Below, piece after piece: positions 1 through 11,559 of a stretch of DNA of 64,000 nucleotides. The first letter of the stretch is position 1, and the number at the start of each line of letters is the position of its first letter. Origin of the DNA: Pseudomonadota bacterium (GTDB lineage: Bacteria; Pseudomonadota; Alphaproteobacteria; Sphingomonadales; Sphingomonadaceae); contig JBCCJS010000001.1 in assembly GCA_039027675.1 (NCBI GenBank), forward strand, positions 93,168 through 157,167, read 5' to 3'. The translations under genes were made by a program, and so were the position numbers. Below the pieces are notes generated by a model. The model was not told the DNA's origin. It worked only from the letters and a program-made list of their open reading frames with translations, and did not search any database.

Positions 1-153
1 TTCCGCCATGAGAGCCTGCCCATCCACGGCGTTCAGTTTCACCCGGAAAGCATTGCAACCGAGCATGGCCACGCACTGCTTGCGAATTTCCTAGCCGAAT
101 GCGGGATCGACGCGCGCCTTCCCGAGAGCTCACAGATGGAGCGCGCGTCATGA
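1..153 (+). CDS. trpG: Anthranilate synthase component II (glutamine amidotransferase), 3' fragment
   Basis: Frame 1 reads [30 protein letters not shown], containing the class I GATase QFHPE motif. Its stop overlaps the trpD start (ATGA). Confidence 0.93.
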   Translation, partial: FRHESLPIHGVQFHPESIATEHGHALLANFLAECGIDARLPESSQMERAS

Positions 154-1142
154 GCGCCCTGCCCGACATCGCCGCACCGCTCACCGAAACCGAGGCGGAG
201 ACCGCATTTGGAACCTTGCTCGACGGCAGCCCAAGCGAAGCGGAAATCGAGCAATTCCTCGTAAATTTAAGCGAACGCGGCGAAACCTCGAACGAGATCG
301 CGGGTGCTGCAAGGGCTCTGCGCGCCCGGCTGATCCCGATCAACGCGCCTGAGGGGTCAATCGATGTCTGCGGTACTGGCGGCGATGGGCATCACACTCT
401 CAATGTCTCGACCGCGGTCAGCCTTGTGGTTGCGGCCTGCGGCGTTCCGGTGGCCAAGCACGGCAATCGCGCGGCGTCCTCCAAGGCAGGCGCGGCGGAC
501 ACGCTGGAAGCGCTCGGCCTCGATATGGATGCTGCCGGACGTACGGCGGAAAAGACGCTCGCTGAAATCGGCATCTGTTTCCTGTTTGCGAAGAACCACC
601 ACCCGGCAATGGGCCGCATCCAGCCCATCCGCACAAAAATCGGCAAGCGCACGATCTTCAACCTGATGGGCCCGCTCTCCAATCCCGCCGCCGTCACCAG
701 CCAGCTTATCGGCATTGCGCGCCCTGCCTATGTGCCGATTTATGCAGGTGCTCTGGCAAAACTGGGCACCGGACGCTCGCTGATCGTGTCAGGCGATGAG
801 GGGCTTGATGAGCTCAGCCTTGCTGGCGGCAACGAGGTTGCTGAGGTTACCGGCAACGCCTTCGTCATGCGGCGCGTATCAGCTGGTGAGGCTGGCCTCG
901 CCCACGCCCCGATCGAAGCAATCCGGGGCGATGACGCGATCTACAATGCCGCCGCGCTAAAAGCTCTGCTCGATGGGGCCCGAGGGGCCTATCGCGACGC
1001 GGTCCTGTTCAATACGGCGGGCGCGCTGGCGGTGGCAAATGTCGGTGAGAGCTGGCCTGAACGCGTTGCACTCGCCGCAGAAGCGCTCGACAGCGGGCGC
1101 GCTCACGACAAACTGGCGCGCTGGATCGAATTAGCGGTGTAA
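150..1142 (+). CDS. trpD: Anthranilate phosphoribosyltransferase
   Basis: Motifs [22 protein letters not shown] and [13 protein letters not shown] at 150 is coupled to the trpG stop. Confidence 0.97.
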   Translation: MSALPDIAAPLTETEAETAFGTLLDGSPSEAEIEQFLVNLSERGETSNEIAGAARALRARLIPINAPEGSIDVCGTGGDGHHTLNVSTAVSLVVAACGVPVAKHGNRAASSKAGAADTLEALGLDMDAAGRTAEKTLAEIGICFLFAKNHHPAMGRIQPIRTKIGKRTIFNLMGPLSNPAAVTSQLIGIARPAYVPIYAGALAKLGTGRSLIVSGDEGLDELSLAGGNEVAEVTGNAFVMRRVSAGEAGLAHAPIEAIRGDDAIYNAAALKALLDGARGAYRDAVLFNTAGALAVANVGESWPERVALAAEALDSGRAHDKLARWIELAV

Positions 1143-1161
1143 GAGGCCGCGTCAGACCATC

Positions 1162-1950
1162 ATGAACAAACTCGAAGAAATCTGCGCCCATAAGCGCGAG
1201 GAAGTCGCCACCCGCAAGGCCAGCGTCACACGCGCTGAGTTGGAAGCCGCCGCCTCCGAAAAAACGTCCCCGCGCGGCTTTGACGCGGCCTTGCGCGAGG
1301 TAGCCAAGACCCGCTTTGCCCTCATCGCCGAGATCAAGCGCGCCAGCCCCTCCAAAGGTCTCATCCGCGCAGATTTCCGCCCCGCCGAGCATGCGAAGGC
1401 GTATGAGGAGGGCGGCGCGGCGTGCCTCTCTGTCCTCACCGATGCGCCCTATTTTCAGGGCCATGAGCTTTACCTCGACGCCGCGCGCAAAGCCTGCGAG
1501 CTGCCGGTACTGCGCAAGGACTTCATGGTCGATCCGTGGCAGTGCCTCGAGGCGCGCGCCATTGGCGCAGACGCGATCCTGATCATCGTCGCCGCGCTAG
1601 ACAACACCGCCATGGCCGAGATCGAAGCCGCCGCGCTCGAACACGGCATGGATGTGCTGATCGAAGTGCATGACGAGGCGGAGATGGAGCGCGCTGGCCA
1701 AAACCTCACCTCGCGGCTGATCGGGGTGAACAATCGCGATCTTAAGACCTTCACCACCACGCTTGAGACCACCGAAAGGCTCGCTCCGCTGGCTCCGGAG
1801 GGCGCGCTGCTGGTCGGTGAGAGCGGGATCAACCATCACCAAGACCTAACCCGGCTTGAGAAAGCGGGCGTGCGCACTTTCCTGGTAGGCGAAAGCCTGA
1901 TGCGCGAAGATGATATGGCGGCGGCTACCAGGCGCTTGCTGGAGGGTTGA
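1162..1950 (+). CDS. trpC: Indole-3-glycerol phosphate synthase
   Basis: Motifs [30 protein letters not shown] and ESGI. Confidence 0.97.
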   Translation: MNKLEEICAHKREEVATRKASVTRAELEAAASEKTSPRGFDAALREVAKTRFALIAEIKRASPSKGLIRADFRPAEHAKAYEEGGAACLSVLTDAPYFQGHELYLDAARKACELPVLRKDFMVDPWQCLEARAIGADAILIIVAALDNTAMAEIEAAALEHGMDVLIEVHDEAEMERAGQNLTSRLIGVNNRDLKTFTTTLETTERLAPLAPEGALLVGESGINHHQDLTRLEKAGVRTFLVGESLMREDDMAAATRRLLEG

Positions 1951-2099
1951 GAGGAACGCCCAAAAAGCCCCTCTGTCCTACACGCTCTTCCTGTGGCACA
2001 GCCTTTAGCAATGTCGGTCAGCCCAATCACCCCAGCGATCTTTTCAAGCGCATTTTTGAGCCCAATCAGCGCTTAGAAAGCGGAAGTTTTCCTGATTAA

Positions 2100-2124
2100 G
2101 ACTGTGTAACCTGTGTCTCCTACA
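2100..2124. repeat. 25-bp dispersed motif, copy 1 (upstream of moaC)
   Basis: GACTGTGTAACCTGTGTCTCCTACA, 24/25 identical to 59193-59217. Confidence 0.9.
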
Positions 2125-2168
2125 GCCAACCACACGGGCGGCCTGACAGAGCCGAAGGAGCGAATCAG

Positions 2169-2657
2169 ATGAGCGAGCTAACCCATTTGAGCGAAGACGG
2201 CGCAGCGCGAATGGTCGATGTTGGCGCCAAGGCCGAAACGCACCGCATCGCCATCGCCAGCGGACGGATCACCATGGGCGCTCAGGCACTAAAGGCGATC
2301 AAGGCAGGCGATGCGCCCAAAGGCGATGTGCTGGGCACTGCGCGCCTTGCAGGGATCATGGCTGCCAAGCGCACTGGCGACCTCATCCCGCTGTGCCATC
2401 CGCTGGGACTCGAGGCGGTGACGGTCGAGTTCGAGTTTGAGCAAGCGGCAATCCGCGCAACCGCCACCGCCTCGCTAACCGGCAAGACCGGGGTCGAGAT
2501 GGAAGCGATGGTCGCTGTCTCCACCGCGCTGCTGACGATCTACGACATGGCCAAGGCGATCGACAAAGGCATGGTGATCGAAGGGGTGCGCCTGATCGAA
2601 AAGCGCGGCGGCAAGAGCGGCACATGGAAGGCCGCTGGGAAGGCCGAGGACACTTGA
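2169..2657 (+). CDS. moaC: Cyclic pyranopterin monophosphate synthase
   Basis: Motifs MVDVGAK, LIPLCHP, GVEMEA and IYDMAKA. Shine-Dalgarno (SD) AAGGAG upstream. Confidence 0.97.
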   Translation: MSELTHLSEDGAARMVDVGAKAETHRIAIASGRITMGAQALKAIKAGDAPKGDVLGTARLAGIMAAKRTGDLIPLCHPLGLEAVTVEFEFEQAAIRATATASLTGKTGVEMEAMVAVSTALLTIYDMAKAIDKGMVIEGVRLIEKRGGKSGTWKAAGKAEDT

Positions 2658-3850
2658 GCGATCTGCTCACCCTCCACGAAGCATGGGCGCGGCTGCTCGC
2701 GCTCGCGCCGGCCCCGCCAGTGACGAGGTCAGGCGCGAGAGACCCGTTGCATGGCTTCCTCTCAGAAGACCTCATCGCCCGGCGAACACAACCACCAGCG
2801 GACCTATCGGCGATGGACGGCTACGCGGTCTGCGGCGATGGACCATGGCAACGCGTGGGAGAGGCACGCGCTGGCCTGCCCTTTGGAGGGACCCTCTCGC
2901 CAGGCGAGTGCACCCGCATCTCAACCGGCGCGCACATGCCGCAAGGTTCGGACCGGGTGCTGATACAGGAGAACGCCTCGGTTGACGGCGATAGAGTTCG
3001 GCTTGCGCAGGGCGAGAGCCTGCCCGATGCTGGCCGTCACGTGCGAGTGCGCGGCTTTGACTTCAGCATAGGGGATGTGGTGCTTGAGAAAGGCGCGTTC
3101 ATCGGCCCTCCCCAGCGCGCGCTTGCCATAGCGGCGGGGCACGATGCCATCCCGCATCGCGCCGCGCCATTGACGCAGGTGCTCGACAGCGGGGACGAGC
3201 TCAGCGCTATCGCCTCCGAGTGCGGACCCGATCAGATCCCGGCTTCGAACGGCCCGATGATCGCTGCGATGCTGCACCCGTGGGTGGGGCAGGTCGAAAC
3301 GCTCGGCCCTGTGCCCGATGACATGGAAGCTCTGGCCGCAGCCTTAGCCAAGGCCGATGGCCATGTCCTCATCACGTCAGGCGGGGCATCGGTTGGCGAT
3401 CATGATCTCATTCAGGAGGCACTCAAGGCATGGGGCGCCAAGATCGACTTCTGGAAGGTGGCGATCAAGCCGGGCAAGCCGCTGATGATCGCCACTCGGC
3501 AGGGTCATGATGGCCCGCAGGTGATCCTGGGTCTGCCGGGCAATCCGGTGTCGAGCTTCGTCACGTGCTTCCTGTTCGCGCTGCCGCTGGTCAGGGCCGC
3601 GATGGGCGATCCTGATCCGCTTCCCAAGACTCAGCTCTGCCTCGCTGGGGAGGACCTGCCAGCGACTGGCAAACGGCGTGAGTTCCTGCGCGCTGTGCTT
3701 GAACGAGGCGAAGTGCGGCTCGCAGGTTCGCAGGATTCGAGCGCGCTTCGCTCGCTGGCTGAGGCCAATTGCCTGATTGACCGGCCCGCCGGTGCCGATC
3801 CGGTTCGCGCTGGAGAGGCTGTGCCTGTGTACAACCTCCAAAATGGCTAG
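2654..3850 (+). CDS. moeA: Molybdopterin molybdenumtransferase
   Basis: Motifs [20 protein letters not shown] and LPGNP. Probable TTG start at 2654 overlaps the moaC stop. Confidence 0.93.
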   Translation: MSDLLTLHEAWARLLALAPAPPVTRSGARDPLHGFLSEDLIARRTQPPADLSAMDGYAVCGDGPWQRVGEARAGLPFGGTLSPGECTRISTGAHMPQGSDRVLIQENASVDGDRVRLAQGESLPDAGRHVRVRGFDFSIGDVVLEKGAFIGPPQRALAIAAGHDAIPHRAAPLTQVLDSGDELSAIASECGPDQIPASNGPMIAAMLHPWVGQVETLGPVPDDMEALAAALAKADGHVLITSGGASVGDHDLIQEALKAWGAKIDFWKVAIKPGKPLMIATRQGHDGPQVILGLPGNPVSSFVTCFLFALPLVRAAMGDPDPLPKTQLCLAGEDLPATGKRREFLRAVLERGEVRLAGSQDSSALRSLAEANCLIDRPAGADPVRAGEAVPVYNLQNG

Positions 3851-3906
3851 AATGCGTGGGTTTACGGATCAAGCGCGCTTGACTTGCGGAACGGCGTTGC
3901 CTACTT

Positions 3907-3921
3907 GTTCCGCATTCGTTC
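3907..3921 (+). promoter_or_regulatory. Alphaproteobacterial LexA (SOS) box in the lexA promoter
   Basis: GTTC-cgcattc-GTTC exactly matches GTTC-N7-GTTC. It lies just downstream of a TTGACT -35-like hexamer at 3879-3884. Confidence 0.9.
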
Positions 3922-4061
3922 ACCTTATCGGTGGGCGGGAGCATCGGTAAAGCACCCCGACCTGCTATTGCAGACGGTGCCTCTTGCTGGCGCGCCCCAC
4001 GGGCAGCTGCAGCGTTCTTTTGGGGCGCGACAGCGATATCGCGAGCAAGGAGTTTTTCGCA

Positions 4062-4763
4062 ATGCTGACCGCCAAACAGCACGAATTAATTCGCTTCATC
4101 CAGCAGCGTCTGGAGGAGACGGGTATTTCCCCCAGTTTTGAAGAGATGAAGGAAGCGCTCGATCTCAAGAGCAAGTCGGGCGTGCACCGGCTGATTTCCG
4201 CGCTGGAAGAACGCGGCTTTATCCGCCGCCTGCCCAACCGCGCGCGCGCTTTGGAAGTGATCAAGCAACCCGAAGATGCAACGCCAGCCCCGCGCGCCGC
4301 GGTGGCACCACCGGCAGAGGATGTTGTGGTGCCCTTGAAGCCCGCATCTGCCGCGCCGCCTATGCCCGAACCCGCCAATGACGTGATCGAGATCCCGCTT
4401 CATGGCCGGATTGCAGCAGGCGCTCCGATCGAAGCGCTCGAAGGACAGACCTCGCTTCCTGTTCCCGCTGCCTTGTTGGGCCCGGGGGAGCATTATGCGC
4501 TTGAGGTCTCTGGCGATTCGATGATCGAGGCTGGCATCTTTGATGGCGACTTTGCGCTCGTGCGCCGCACAGACAGCGCGCGCGATGGTGAAATCGTGGT
4601 CGCTCTGGTCCACGGTGAAGAGGCAACGCTCAAATACCTCCACAAGGATGGCGGTCAGATCCGCCTAGACCCGGCCAATGCATCGTATGATCCCCAAGTC
4701 TACGGGCCGGGCGAAGTGCAGGTGCAGGGCAAGCTGGCTGGCTTGCTTCGCCGCTACCACTGA
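4062..4763 (+). CDS. lexA: SOS repressor LexA
   Basis: N-terminal winged HTH ([22 protein letters not shown]), Ala-Gly cleavage site (IAAGAP), catalytic Ser (GDSM) and Lys (TLKY). Confidence 0.98.
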   Translation: MLTAKQHELIRFIQQRLEETGISPSFEEMKEALDLKSKSGVHRLISALEERGFIRRLPNRARALEVIKQPEDATPAPRAAVAPPAEDVVVPLKPASAAPPMPEPANDVIEIPLHGRIAAGAPIEALEGQTSLPVPAALLGPGEHYALEVSGDSMIEAGIFDGDFALVRRTDSARDGEIVVALVHGEEATLKYLHKDGGQIRLDPANASYDPQVYGPGEVQVQGKLAGLLRRYH

Positions 4764-4796
4764 TCGTAGGCGGGGTGTTTGCGATGGGTCGGGCCT

Positions 4797-7067
4797 TTAG
4801 CGCCCGCCCTGAGAACCAGCAGCCCGCCACCAGCCATGCGCGCCCTGCCCGCTGGCAACGTCGATGATGCGCTTGGCTTCAAGGTCAAGAGCAAGGCCGC
4901 CATGCTCGTTGAGATAGCGCCGGTCGGCTTTCAGCCAGCGCGGGCGGCAAGAACGAGGGAGGTAGCGTGCGGCAACGACAATGTCCGAGCGCTCGCACGC
5001 TGCGGCCAGCGCGCGCTCTTCGATAAAGTCATTGTTGCGGGCCATGAGCACAGTCCACTCGCGCCCTCCGCGCTCAAGCGTGACAATGCAGAATTCGCGC
5101 GAGCATCGTGCACCGGGCCATTGCGAAATCGGAATGGGCTCTGCCGTGACGCTGGCAAGCTCAAGCAGATTGTCGCGGGCATAGCTGGAGCGGGTGTCTC
5201 GCAGCGAAAGCAAGCGGCCATCGCCCAGCGTAATGCCGACATGACGTCCCTCGCGCCCGATCAGAACATCAGGAATGGGAGTAAGGAGAAGAAAAATGAC
5301 GGCTACCCCTACCGGCACAAGCCCAAGCAGCCGCGCACGGTGGTTCCACAGCGCAAGCCACAAACCGCCTGCTGTAAACAGCGCAATCGTCAGCCCGGAC
5401 ATCTGAGGCATCAGCTTGACAGCGCCCGGCTGCGAAGACGTGAAGCGAGCAAGACCCAGTAGCGCTTCGAGTGACAGACCAGCGAGCCACCACACTGGCG
5501 CGCCCAGCCCGATCACATCAAGCGCCAATGCGATAGCGATAAGCGGCATGGATATGAACGTAACAAGCGGAATGGCAATCACATTGGCAAGCGCACCGTA
5601 CACCCCCGCTCGGTGAAAGTGGAACATGACCACAGGCATTAGCGCGATCTCGATCACCAGCCCGGTGATGAACAGCATCAAGACCCGCCGCCCTGTCCGC
5701 TTGAGCCACGGCTCATCGCGTGCCTTCAAGAACTCGCGCACGGGGCTCGACGTATGCAGCGCAACGATTGCCAGAACCGCGCTGAAGCTCATCTGGAAGC
5801 TGGGACCGATGACGCTCTCGGGCCACAGCAGGAGGACGATGAGAGCCGCCACGGCAACCATGCGCAGCGACAAGGCCTCACGCCCCAACACCAGCGCGCC
5901 GAGCACCAGCAGCGCAGCGACACAGGCGCGCACGGTCGGAACCTGCGCGCCGGTCAGCAGGGTGTAGCTAATGCCTGCCAGAGCGCCAATGCCCGCTGCG
6001 ACGATCGGCAAGCGCACCCGCAAGGCGAGCGCCGGGACGAGGGCCAGCAGCTTGAGCGCTAGCAAGTAGCCCGCTGCGATCACCGCACTCACATGCAGCC
6101 CGCTGATCGCGAGCAAGTGTGTGAGGCCCGCGTCGCGCATGGCATCCGCATCCTCGGCCGCAATTGCGCCCCGGTCACCGCTGGCAAAGGCGGCGGCAAT
6201 CGTGCCCGGCGATCCGTCGAGGCGCGAGCGCACATGGGTCGAGAGCGCGCGCTGCCACTGCGCGATCACCGAGCCACCTTGCGCAGGCTCTGCATGCTGG
6301 ATCTCGCCAATGAGGCTGCCCGTCGCTGCAAAGCCCTCGAACCAAGCAGCCCTAGCAAAATCGTAAGAACCGGGCAGCATCGGGCTTGCTGGGGGCATCA
6401 GCCGCACGTTCGCCCGGATTTGAGCGCCTTCGCGAAGCACATCGGCGCCCTCAGAACTGAAACGCGCCTCCACCCGGTCAACCTCGGCAAGAGGGACGTT
6501 GATGCGGATCTTGCGGCTCTCCCCGCTCGCAGCGTCGCGCACCGCGAGGACAAGTCTGATGCGGTCTTCAGAAGGCTGATCCTGACGCTCGAGCACATAG
6601 CCCTGCACCCGCTCAATCCGCGGATACTCGATCGCCTGCGCACCCACCACTTCCGAGCGGACCCAGATCACCGCGATCCCGGCTGCAAACACCAATGCAA
6701 CTGCCATTACAGCGGAGCGCAGATGCGCGCGGGTCACGTCCGCCTCCCCCCCACGAGGCCAAAGAGCAAGCGCTGCAAGAGCCAGCAGCACGCTAACGCC
6801 AATCGCACCCATCCATTGCCACTGCGTCTCAAGATTGAACCAAGCAAGGATACCGCTAGCAAAGGCAACTGCCAGCCATGGGGTGCGATCAAATCCCGCC
6901 TCAGTGAGAAACGCTTCTGCGCGGTTCGCCACGGCGCTGGACAATCCCTGGCCCCTTTGCCACAGGCGCACAGCTTCGGTCCCTTGCGGGCTGTCCGGGG
7001 CGGATCGCTTGGCAGCGGGGCTGCTTTGCGGGTCGTCCCCCAAAGGAATAATCGGCGTATCGGCCAT
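4797..7067 (-). CDS. comEC: ComEC/Rec2 family competence channel protein
   Basis: Motifs [12 protein letters not shown] and FQMSFSAV, many TM segments and an N-terminal DUF4131-like region. Start placed at MADTP (7067). Confidence 0.92.
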   Translation of the reverse strand: MADTPIIPLGDDPQSSPAAKRSAPDSPQGTEAVRLWQRGQGLSSAVANRAEAFLTEAGFDRTPWLAVAFASGILAWFNLETQWQWMGAIGVSVLLALAALALWPRGGEADVTRAHLRSAVMAVALVFAAGIAVIWVRSEVVGAQAIEYPRIERVQGYVLERQDQPSEDRIRLVLAVRDAASGESRKIRINVPLAEVDRVEARFSSEGADVLREGAQIRANVRLMPPASPMLPGSYDFARAAWFEGFAATGSLIGEIQHAEPAQGGSVIAQWQRALSTHVRSRLDGSPGTIAAAFASGDRGAIAAEDADAMRDAGLTHLLAISGLHVSAVIAAGYLLALKLLALVPALALRVRLPIVAAGIGALAGISYTLLTGAQVPTVRACVAALLVLGALVLGREALSLRMVAVAALIVLLLWPESVIGPSFQMSFSAVLAIVALHTSSPVREFLKARDEPWLKRTGRRVLMLFITGLVIEIALMPVVMFHFHRAGVYGALANVIAIPLVTFISMPLIAIALALDVIGLGAPVWWLAGLSLEALLGLARFTSSQPGAVKLMPQMSGLTIALFTAGGLWLALWNHRARLLGLVPVGVAVIFLLLTPIPDVLIGREGRHVGITLGDGRLLSLRDTRSSYARDNLLELASVTAEPIPISQWPGARCSREFCIVTLERGGREWTVLMARNNDFIEERALAAACERSDIVVAARYLPRSCRPRWLKADRRYLNEHGGLALDLEAKRIIDVASGQGAHGWWRAAGSQGGR

Positions 7068-7131
7068 GGGCCCCCTTACCGAAAGGCTGGAGCGGGTTGC
7101 GCCGGCACGATTGAATAGGAAACACAAGCAT

Positions 7132-8559
7132 ATGGCAAGTCCAGCATCAGGCCCCACATCAGCCCCAATCGTTACCCGGTTTGCCCCCTCACCCACCGGC
7201 TTTCTCCATATTGGCGGTGCGCGTACGGCGCTGTTCAACTGGCTTTATGCGCGTCATCACGGCGGCAAAGCGCTGCTCAGGATCGAGGATACGGACAAAA
7301 AGCGATCAACTCAGGACGCGATTGATGCAATCCTAGATGGGCTCCAATGGCTGGGCCTTGACTATGACGAAGCGCCTACCTTCCAGTCGCAGCGGGCTGA
7401 TCGTCACGCCGAAGTCGCGCACAAGCTGCTGGAAGCCGGGCACGCCTACAAATGCTTTGCCACCGCCGAAGAGTTGGAAGCCATGCGGGCCGAGCAACGC
7501 GCCAACAAGCAACCCATGCGCTATGACGGGCGCTGGCGCGATCGCGACCCATCCGAAGCGCCCGAAGGTGCAGCTTACACTGTTCGGCTCAAGACCCCTC
7601 AAGATGGCACCACGACCATCAAGGACGAGGTTCAGGGCGAAGTCAGCGTCGCTAACGCGGAGCTTGACGATTATATCATCCTGCGCGCGGACGGGACACC
7701 GACCTATATGCTCGCAGTGGTGGTCGACGATCACGATATTGGCGTCACGCATGTGATCCGCGGCGATGATCACCTCAACAATGCGTTCCGCCAGCTGCCG
7801 ATCTACCGCGCGATGGACGCTATCGAGGGCGGCTGGCCTGACCCGGTCTATGCGCACATCCCGCTAATCCACGGCTCGGACGGGGCCAAGCTCTCCAAGC
7901 GCCACGGAGCGCTCGGCGTTGATGCCTACCGTGATGAAATGGGCATTCTGGCAGACGCGCTGTTCAACTATCTGCTGCGCCTTGGCTGGGGCCATGGGGA
8001 TCGCGAAGAGATCACGCGCGCGGAAGCGATTGAGCTGTTTGACCTTTCCGGTGTCGGCAAGAGCCCCTCGCGCTTTGACCTGAAGAAGCTCGAAAACCTC
8101 AATGGGCATTACATTCGCGAAGCCGATGATCAGACATTGGTCGAACAAGTGCTCACGCGGCTTGGAGATGAGGCCGACCCCGCGCTGCTTCTTCTAGCCA
8201 TGCCAGTCCTGAAGCCGCGTGCGAAGAACCTTGATGAAATCGCTGAAGGCGCAGGCTTTTTGTTCGCGACCACCCCGCTTGAGATGACCGAAAAGGCCGC
8301 CAAGCTGCTTGATAGGGAAGGGCGGGCTCGCCTGTCGTTGGTTGTTATTGCACTTGCGAAGGAAAATGACTGGACAATTGAGGCTCTCGAAGCCACTACC
8401 AAATCGCTCGCTGAGGCACAGGGATTGGGCTTCGGCAAGCTTGCGCAACCGATGCGCGCAGCACTCACTGGGACGACGACATCGCCCGGAATTTTTGACG
8501 TCTTGGTCCTTCTGGGCCGGGACGAAGCCCTTGCACGGCTTCGCGCACAGGCTGTGTAG
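7132..8559 (+). CDS. gltX: Glutamate--tRNA ligase
   Basis: [14 protein letters not shown] (HIGH) and KLSKR (KMSKS) motifs. Confidence 0.97.
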   Translation: MASPASGPTSAPIVTRFAPSPTGFLHIGGARTALFNWLYARHHGGKALLRIEDTDKKRSTQDAIDAILDGLQWLGLDYDEAPTFQSQRADRHAEVAHKLLEAGHAYKCFATAEELEAMRAEQRANKQPMRYDGRWRDRDPSEAPEGAAYTVRLKTPQDGTTTIKDEVQGEVSVANAELDDYIILRADGTPTYMLAVVVDDHDIGVTHVIRGDDHLNNAFRQLPIYRAMDAIEGGWPDPVYAHIPLIHGSDGAKLSKRHGALGVDAYRDEMGILADALFNYLLRLGWGHGDREEITRAEAIELFDLSGVGKSPSRFDLKKLENLNGHYIREADDQTLVEQVLTRLGDEADPALLLLAMPVLKPRAKNLDEIAEGAGFLFATTPLEMTEKAAKLLDREGRARLSLVVIALAKENDWTIEALEATTKSLAEAQGLGFGKLAQPMRAALTGTTTSPGIFDVLVLLGRDEALARLRAQAV

Positions 8560-8607
8560 AAGCTTCCCCGCAAGCGAGGGTGAATGGGATTGGACAGGAG
8601 AAACACC

Positions 8608-9894
8608 TTGGCAGACAAGAACGCGACGCTCGAATTCGATGGCAAGACGCATGAATTCCCCGTCTTTTCAGGCAGCACCGGCCCAGACGTGGTCGATATC
8701 CGCAAGCTTTATGGCTCAACTGGCGCGTTTACGTTTGATCCGGGCTACAAGTCGACCGCGAGCTGCGAAAGCGCGCTGACCTATATCGATGGCAATGAGG
8801 GCGTTCTGCTCCACCGCGGCTATCCGATTGGCCAGCTGGCTGAGCATTCAAGCTTCATGGAAGTCGCCTATCTGCTGCTCAATGGTGAGCTTCCGAGCCA
8901 GGACGAGCACGACGAGTTCGTCTACACGATCACGCGCCATACCATGGTGCACGAACAGCTGCGTACGCTTTACCAGGGTTTCCGCCGCGATGCCCACCCA
9001 ATGGCGATTATGTGCGGCGTAGTGGGCGCGCTTTCAGCGTTCTACCACGACAGCACCGACATTTCCGACCCTGAGCACCGCAAGATCAGCTCACACCGCC
9101 TCATCGCCAAGATGCCGACGATTGCGGCCATGGCCTACAAGTATGCAATCGGTCAGCCCTTCATGCAGCCTGACAACTCGCTCAGCTATACGGGCAATTT
9201 CCTGCGGATGACCTTTGGCGTCCCCGCTGAGGAATATGAGGTGATCCCGGCGGTGGAAAAGGCAATGGATCGGATTTTCATCCTCCATGCTGACCACGAG
9301 CAGAACGCGTCAACCTCTACTGTGCGACTGGCAGGTTCTTCGGGCGCTAACCCGTTTGCGTGTATCGCGGCCGGCATTGCCTGCCTTTGGGGTCCCGCGC
9401 ATGGCGGAGCAAACGAGGCCGCGCTCAACATGCTGCGCGAGATCGGCACGCCCGACAAGATCCCCCACTATATCGAGCGCGCCAAGGACAAGAACGATCC
9501 GTTCCGCCTGATGGGCTTTGGCCACCGCGTCTACAAGAACTACGACCCGCGCGCGACGGTAATGCAGTCGACCGTGCGCGAAGTGTTTGAAGCGCTCAAC
9601 GTCAAGGACCCGGTGTTCGAAACCGCACTCCAGCTTGAAGAAATTGCGCTCAACGATGACTATTTCCGCGAAAAGAAGCTGTTCCCGAACGTGGACTTCT
9701 ATTCTGGCATTATCCTGTCCGCGATCGGCTTTCCGACAACAATGTTCACCGCGCTGTTTGCTCTGGCTCGCACCGTGGGCTGGGTGGCGCAGTATAACGA
9801 GATGATCGCTGATCCCGGTCAGGTAATCGGGCGTCCGCGCCAGCTATATACCGGGCCGACGCAGCGCGATTACGTGCCGCTCAGCGAGCGGTGA
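8608..9894 (+). CDS. gltA: Citrate synthase (type II)
   Basis: Motifs [24 protein letters not shown] and PNVDF. Probable TTG start after SD AGGAG. Confidence 0.97.
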   Translation: MADKNATLEFDGKTHEFPVFSGSTGPDVVDIRKLYGSTGAFTFDPGYKSTASCESALTYIDGNEGVLLHRGYPIGQLAEHSSFMEVAYLLLNGELPSQDEHDEFVYTITRHTMVHEQLRTLYQGFRRDAHPMAIMCGVVGALSAFYHDSTDISDPEHRKISSHRLIAKMPTIAAMAYKYAIGQPFMQPDNSLSYTGNFLRMTFGVPAEEYEVIPAVEKAMDRIFILHADHEQNASTSTVRLAGSSGANPFACIAAGIACLWGPAHGGANEAALNMLREIGTPDKIPHYIERAKDKNDPFRLMGFGHRVYKNYDPRATVMQSTVREVFEALNVKDPVFETALQLEEIALNDDYFREKKLFPNVDFYSGIILSAIGFPTTMFTALFALARTVGWVAQYNEMIADPGQVIGRPRQLYTGPTQRDYVPLSER

Positions 9895-9933
9895 AGCGAC
9901 CAGTCATCGAGCCATGATTGAGTGCCATCGGCG

Positions 9934-10134
9934 ATGAAACGGCTTCTCCGGATCATTGCGGTGGCCCTTATCGTGTTCGGAACGCTGTGGGCGCTTCAGG
10001 GCCTTGGCATCCTGATGTGGCCGCCGCAAAGCTTTATGCTCGCTCAGCGCGAATGGGGCCTTTACGGCGCTATAACGGCCGGATTTGGAGTGGCTGTCCT
10101 GCTTGTTTCAGCGCGCTTTGGTCCGCCAGAGTAA
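9934..10134 (+). CDS. Small two-TM hypothetical membrane protein
   Basis: 66 aa with two hydrophobic helices around LWALQGLG...SFM...W. Fills the gap between convergent genes. Confidence 0.7.
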   Translation: MKRLLRIIAVALIVFGTLWALQGLGILMWPPQSFMLAQREWGLYGAITAGFGVAVLLVSARFGPPE

Positions 10135-10164
10135 GCCTGCATGAACAGGATCTGCGGCCCATCG

Positions 10165-11559
10165 TCAGGACCCGCTGTATAGCGGCAGCGTCAGACGAAA
10201 CTGCGCGCCCTCCTCTCCCGGATTGGCAATGTCGAGCATGCCATCCATCGCTTCGGCAAGGCGCGAGGAGATGTAGAGGCCAAGTCCTGAGCCTCCATCG
10301 CCTTCGCGTCCCAAACGCTCGAACTTGTTGAAGATGCGTTCCGCCTCGCCTGGCTCAATTCCAGGCCCTTCATCGCAAATGATGAGGCTAACGTTGCCCT
10401 TTCGTTCGCCAGGCAGAGCTTTAATTGTGACAACGCTATTTTCAGGCGAATAGGCGATGGCATTGCCGATCAGATTGATCAGGATCTGCAACACACGGCG
10501 ATACTCGCCCGTCGCGATATGCCGCGCCTCGGCGATAGGCGTGACAAGCTCGATGTTCTTGGCCCTCGCCCGCACCCCCAAAATGCCGCCAGCACGACGC
10601 GCAGCATCGCCAAGATCGACCGCTTCACGCTCGGTCGAGAAGTCGGGCGCTTCGACCACTTCGAGATCCGCCAGATCATCGAGCAGACCGTTAAGATGCT
10701 GGCCCGCAGATGCGATATTGCCAGCATATTCGCTGTATTCGGCCATGAGCGGTCCCGCCAGGCGCGCGCGGATGGTCTCTGCATTGGCAATGATCCGGGC
10801 GATGGGCTGCCGCAAAACAGGCGTGAGCGAGCCTTCGATAAGCTGGGCATGGCTAGGTGCCGGGTCTTGATCACCACTTTCATTCGGTACGTCAGGCAAG
10901 GGATGATCGGCCACCAAAAGGAGCTCAAATCCGCGCGGATCGCTGCCTGAAGGACCGATCGGCAAAAGCCGGGCCCGCCATCCACGTGCAGATCCGGGAA
11001 CGCGGCACTGCACGCCGTCGAGCAGACGCCAATGGATCGGCTGTTGCAGGCCCATGCCTCTTAAAGTGACGTGATCCGTCCACACACTGCCGGGCGCCTT
11101 TGCAACGCGGTCTTCCAATTGCTCAGCGTCTGCTGCCCTTGCGTTGATCAGCTGGATGCGCTGGTCTTCGTTAAGCCTCGCGGTCACCTCAGCGCATGCG
11201 CGATCAATCGCGTCGAGCCGCGCCGCCGTTTCGCGAGAACTGGGCTCTTGGATGCCGCGCGTCTGCCAATTCTCAATCAGCAATTCGCAGCCCTCACCGC
11301 TATCGGGATCGCGCGGATGAATGCGGACAAAGCCTGAGACCATCGCCTCGCCATCATACGCGGTGAATTCGCGCGCGATCTTGAGCCCCAAACGGCGGCC
11401 CTCTCGTACAAGCTCAAGGAGTTCAGGCACCGCCAGCATTCCAGGAACTGTCCCGCCGCACCGCTCTTGCAGGTCTGCCAGCGGATCGTCCGCTGAAAGC
11501 AGCACGTCGCTATCATCGGTGACCCCGCGCGAGGCCAAAAGGCTGGTTTGGCGCTCCAT
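10165..11559 (-). CDS. Histidine-kinase-like protein lacking the phosphoacceptor His (pseudokinase)
   Basis: HATPase boxes are intact: N (NLIGNAIAYS), G1 (DEGPGI), F (IFNKFER), G2 (GSGLGLYIS). The H-box reads TPVLRQP where SHELRTP is expected. ATG overlaps the upstream stop (TGATG). Confidence 0.85.
   Translation of the reverse strand: MERQTSLLASRGVTDDSDVLLSADDPLADLQERCGGTVPGMLAVPELLELVREGRRLGLKIAREFTAYDGEAMVSGFVRIHPRDPDSGEGCELLIENWQTRGIQEPSSRETAARLDAIDRACAEVTARLNEDQRIQLINARAADAEQLEDRVAKAPGSVWTDHVTLRGMGLQQPIHWRLLDGVQCRVPGSARGWRARLLPIGPSGSDPRGFELLLVADHPLPDVPNESGDQDPAPSHAQLIEGSLTPVLRQPIARIIANAETIRARLAGPLMAEYSEYAGNIASAGQHLNGLLDDLADLEVVEAPDFSTEREAVDLGDAARRAGGILGVRARAKNIELVTPIAEARHIATGEYRRVLQILINLIGNAIAYSPENSVVTIKALPGERKGNVSLIICDEGPGIEPGEAERIFNKFERLGREGDGGSGLGLYISSRLAEAMDGMLDIANPGEEGAQFRLTLPLYSGS

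Noticed and set aside
2096-2110. CtrA box overlapping the 25-bp motif (TTAA...GTAAC)
   Set aside because: The spacing is off by one, and the TTAA half is absent from the second copy.
1951-2168. Moco riboswitch upstream of moaC
   Set aside because: I could not find the Moco RNA consensus elements.
4797-7067. ComEC apparently lacking the C-terminal metallo-beta-lactamase domain
   Set aside because: This architecture is common in alphaproteobacteria; not novel.
6093-7118. 341-aa + strand ORF
   Set aside because: Antisense shadow of comEC in GC-rich DNA; Arg/Ala-rich with no motifs.
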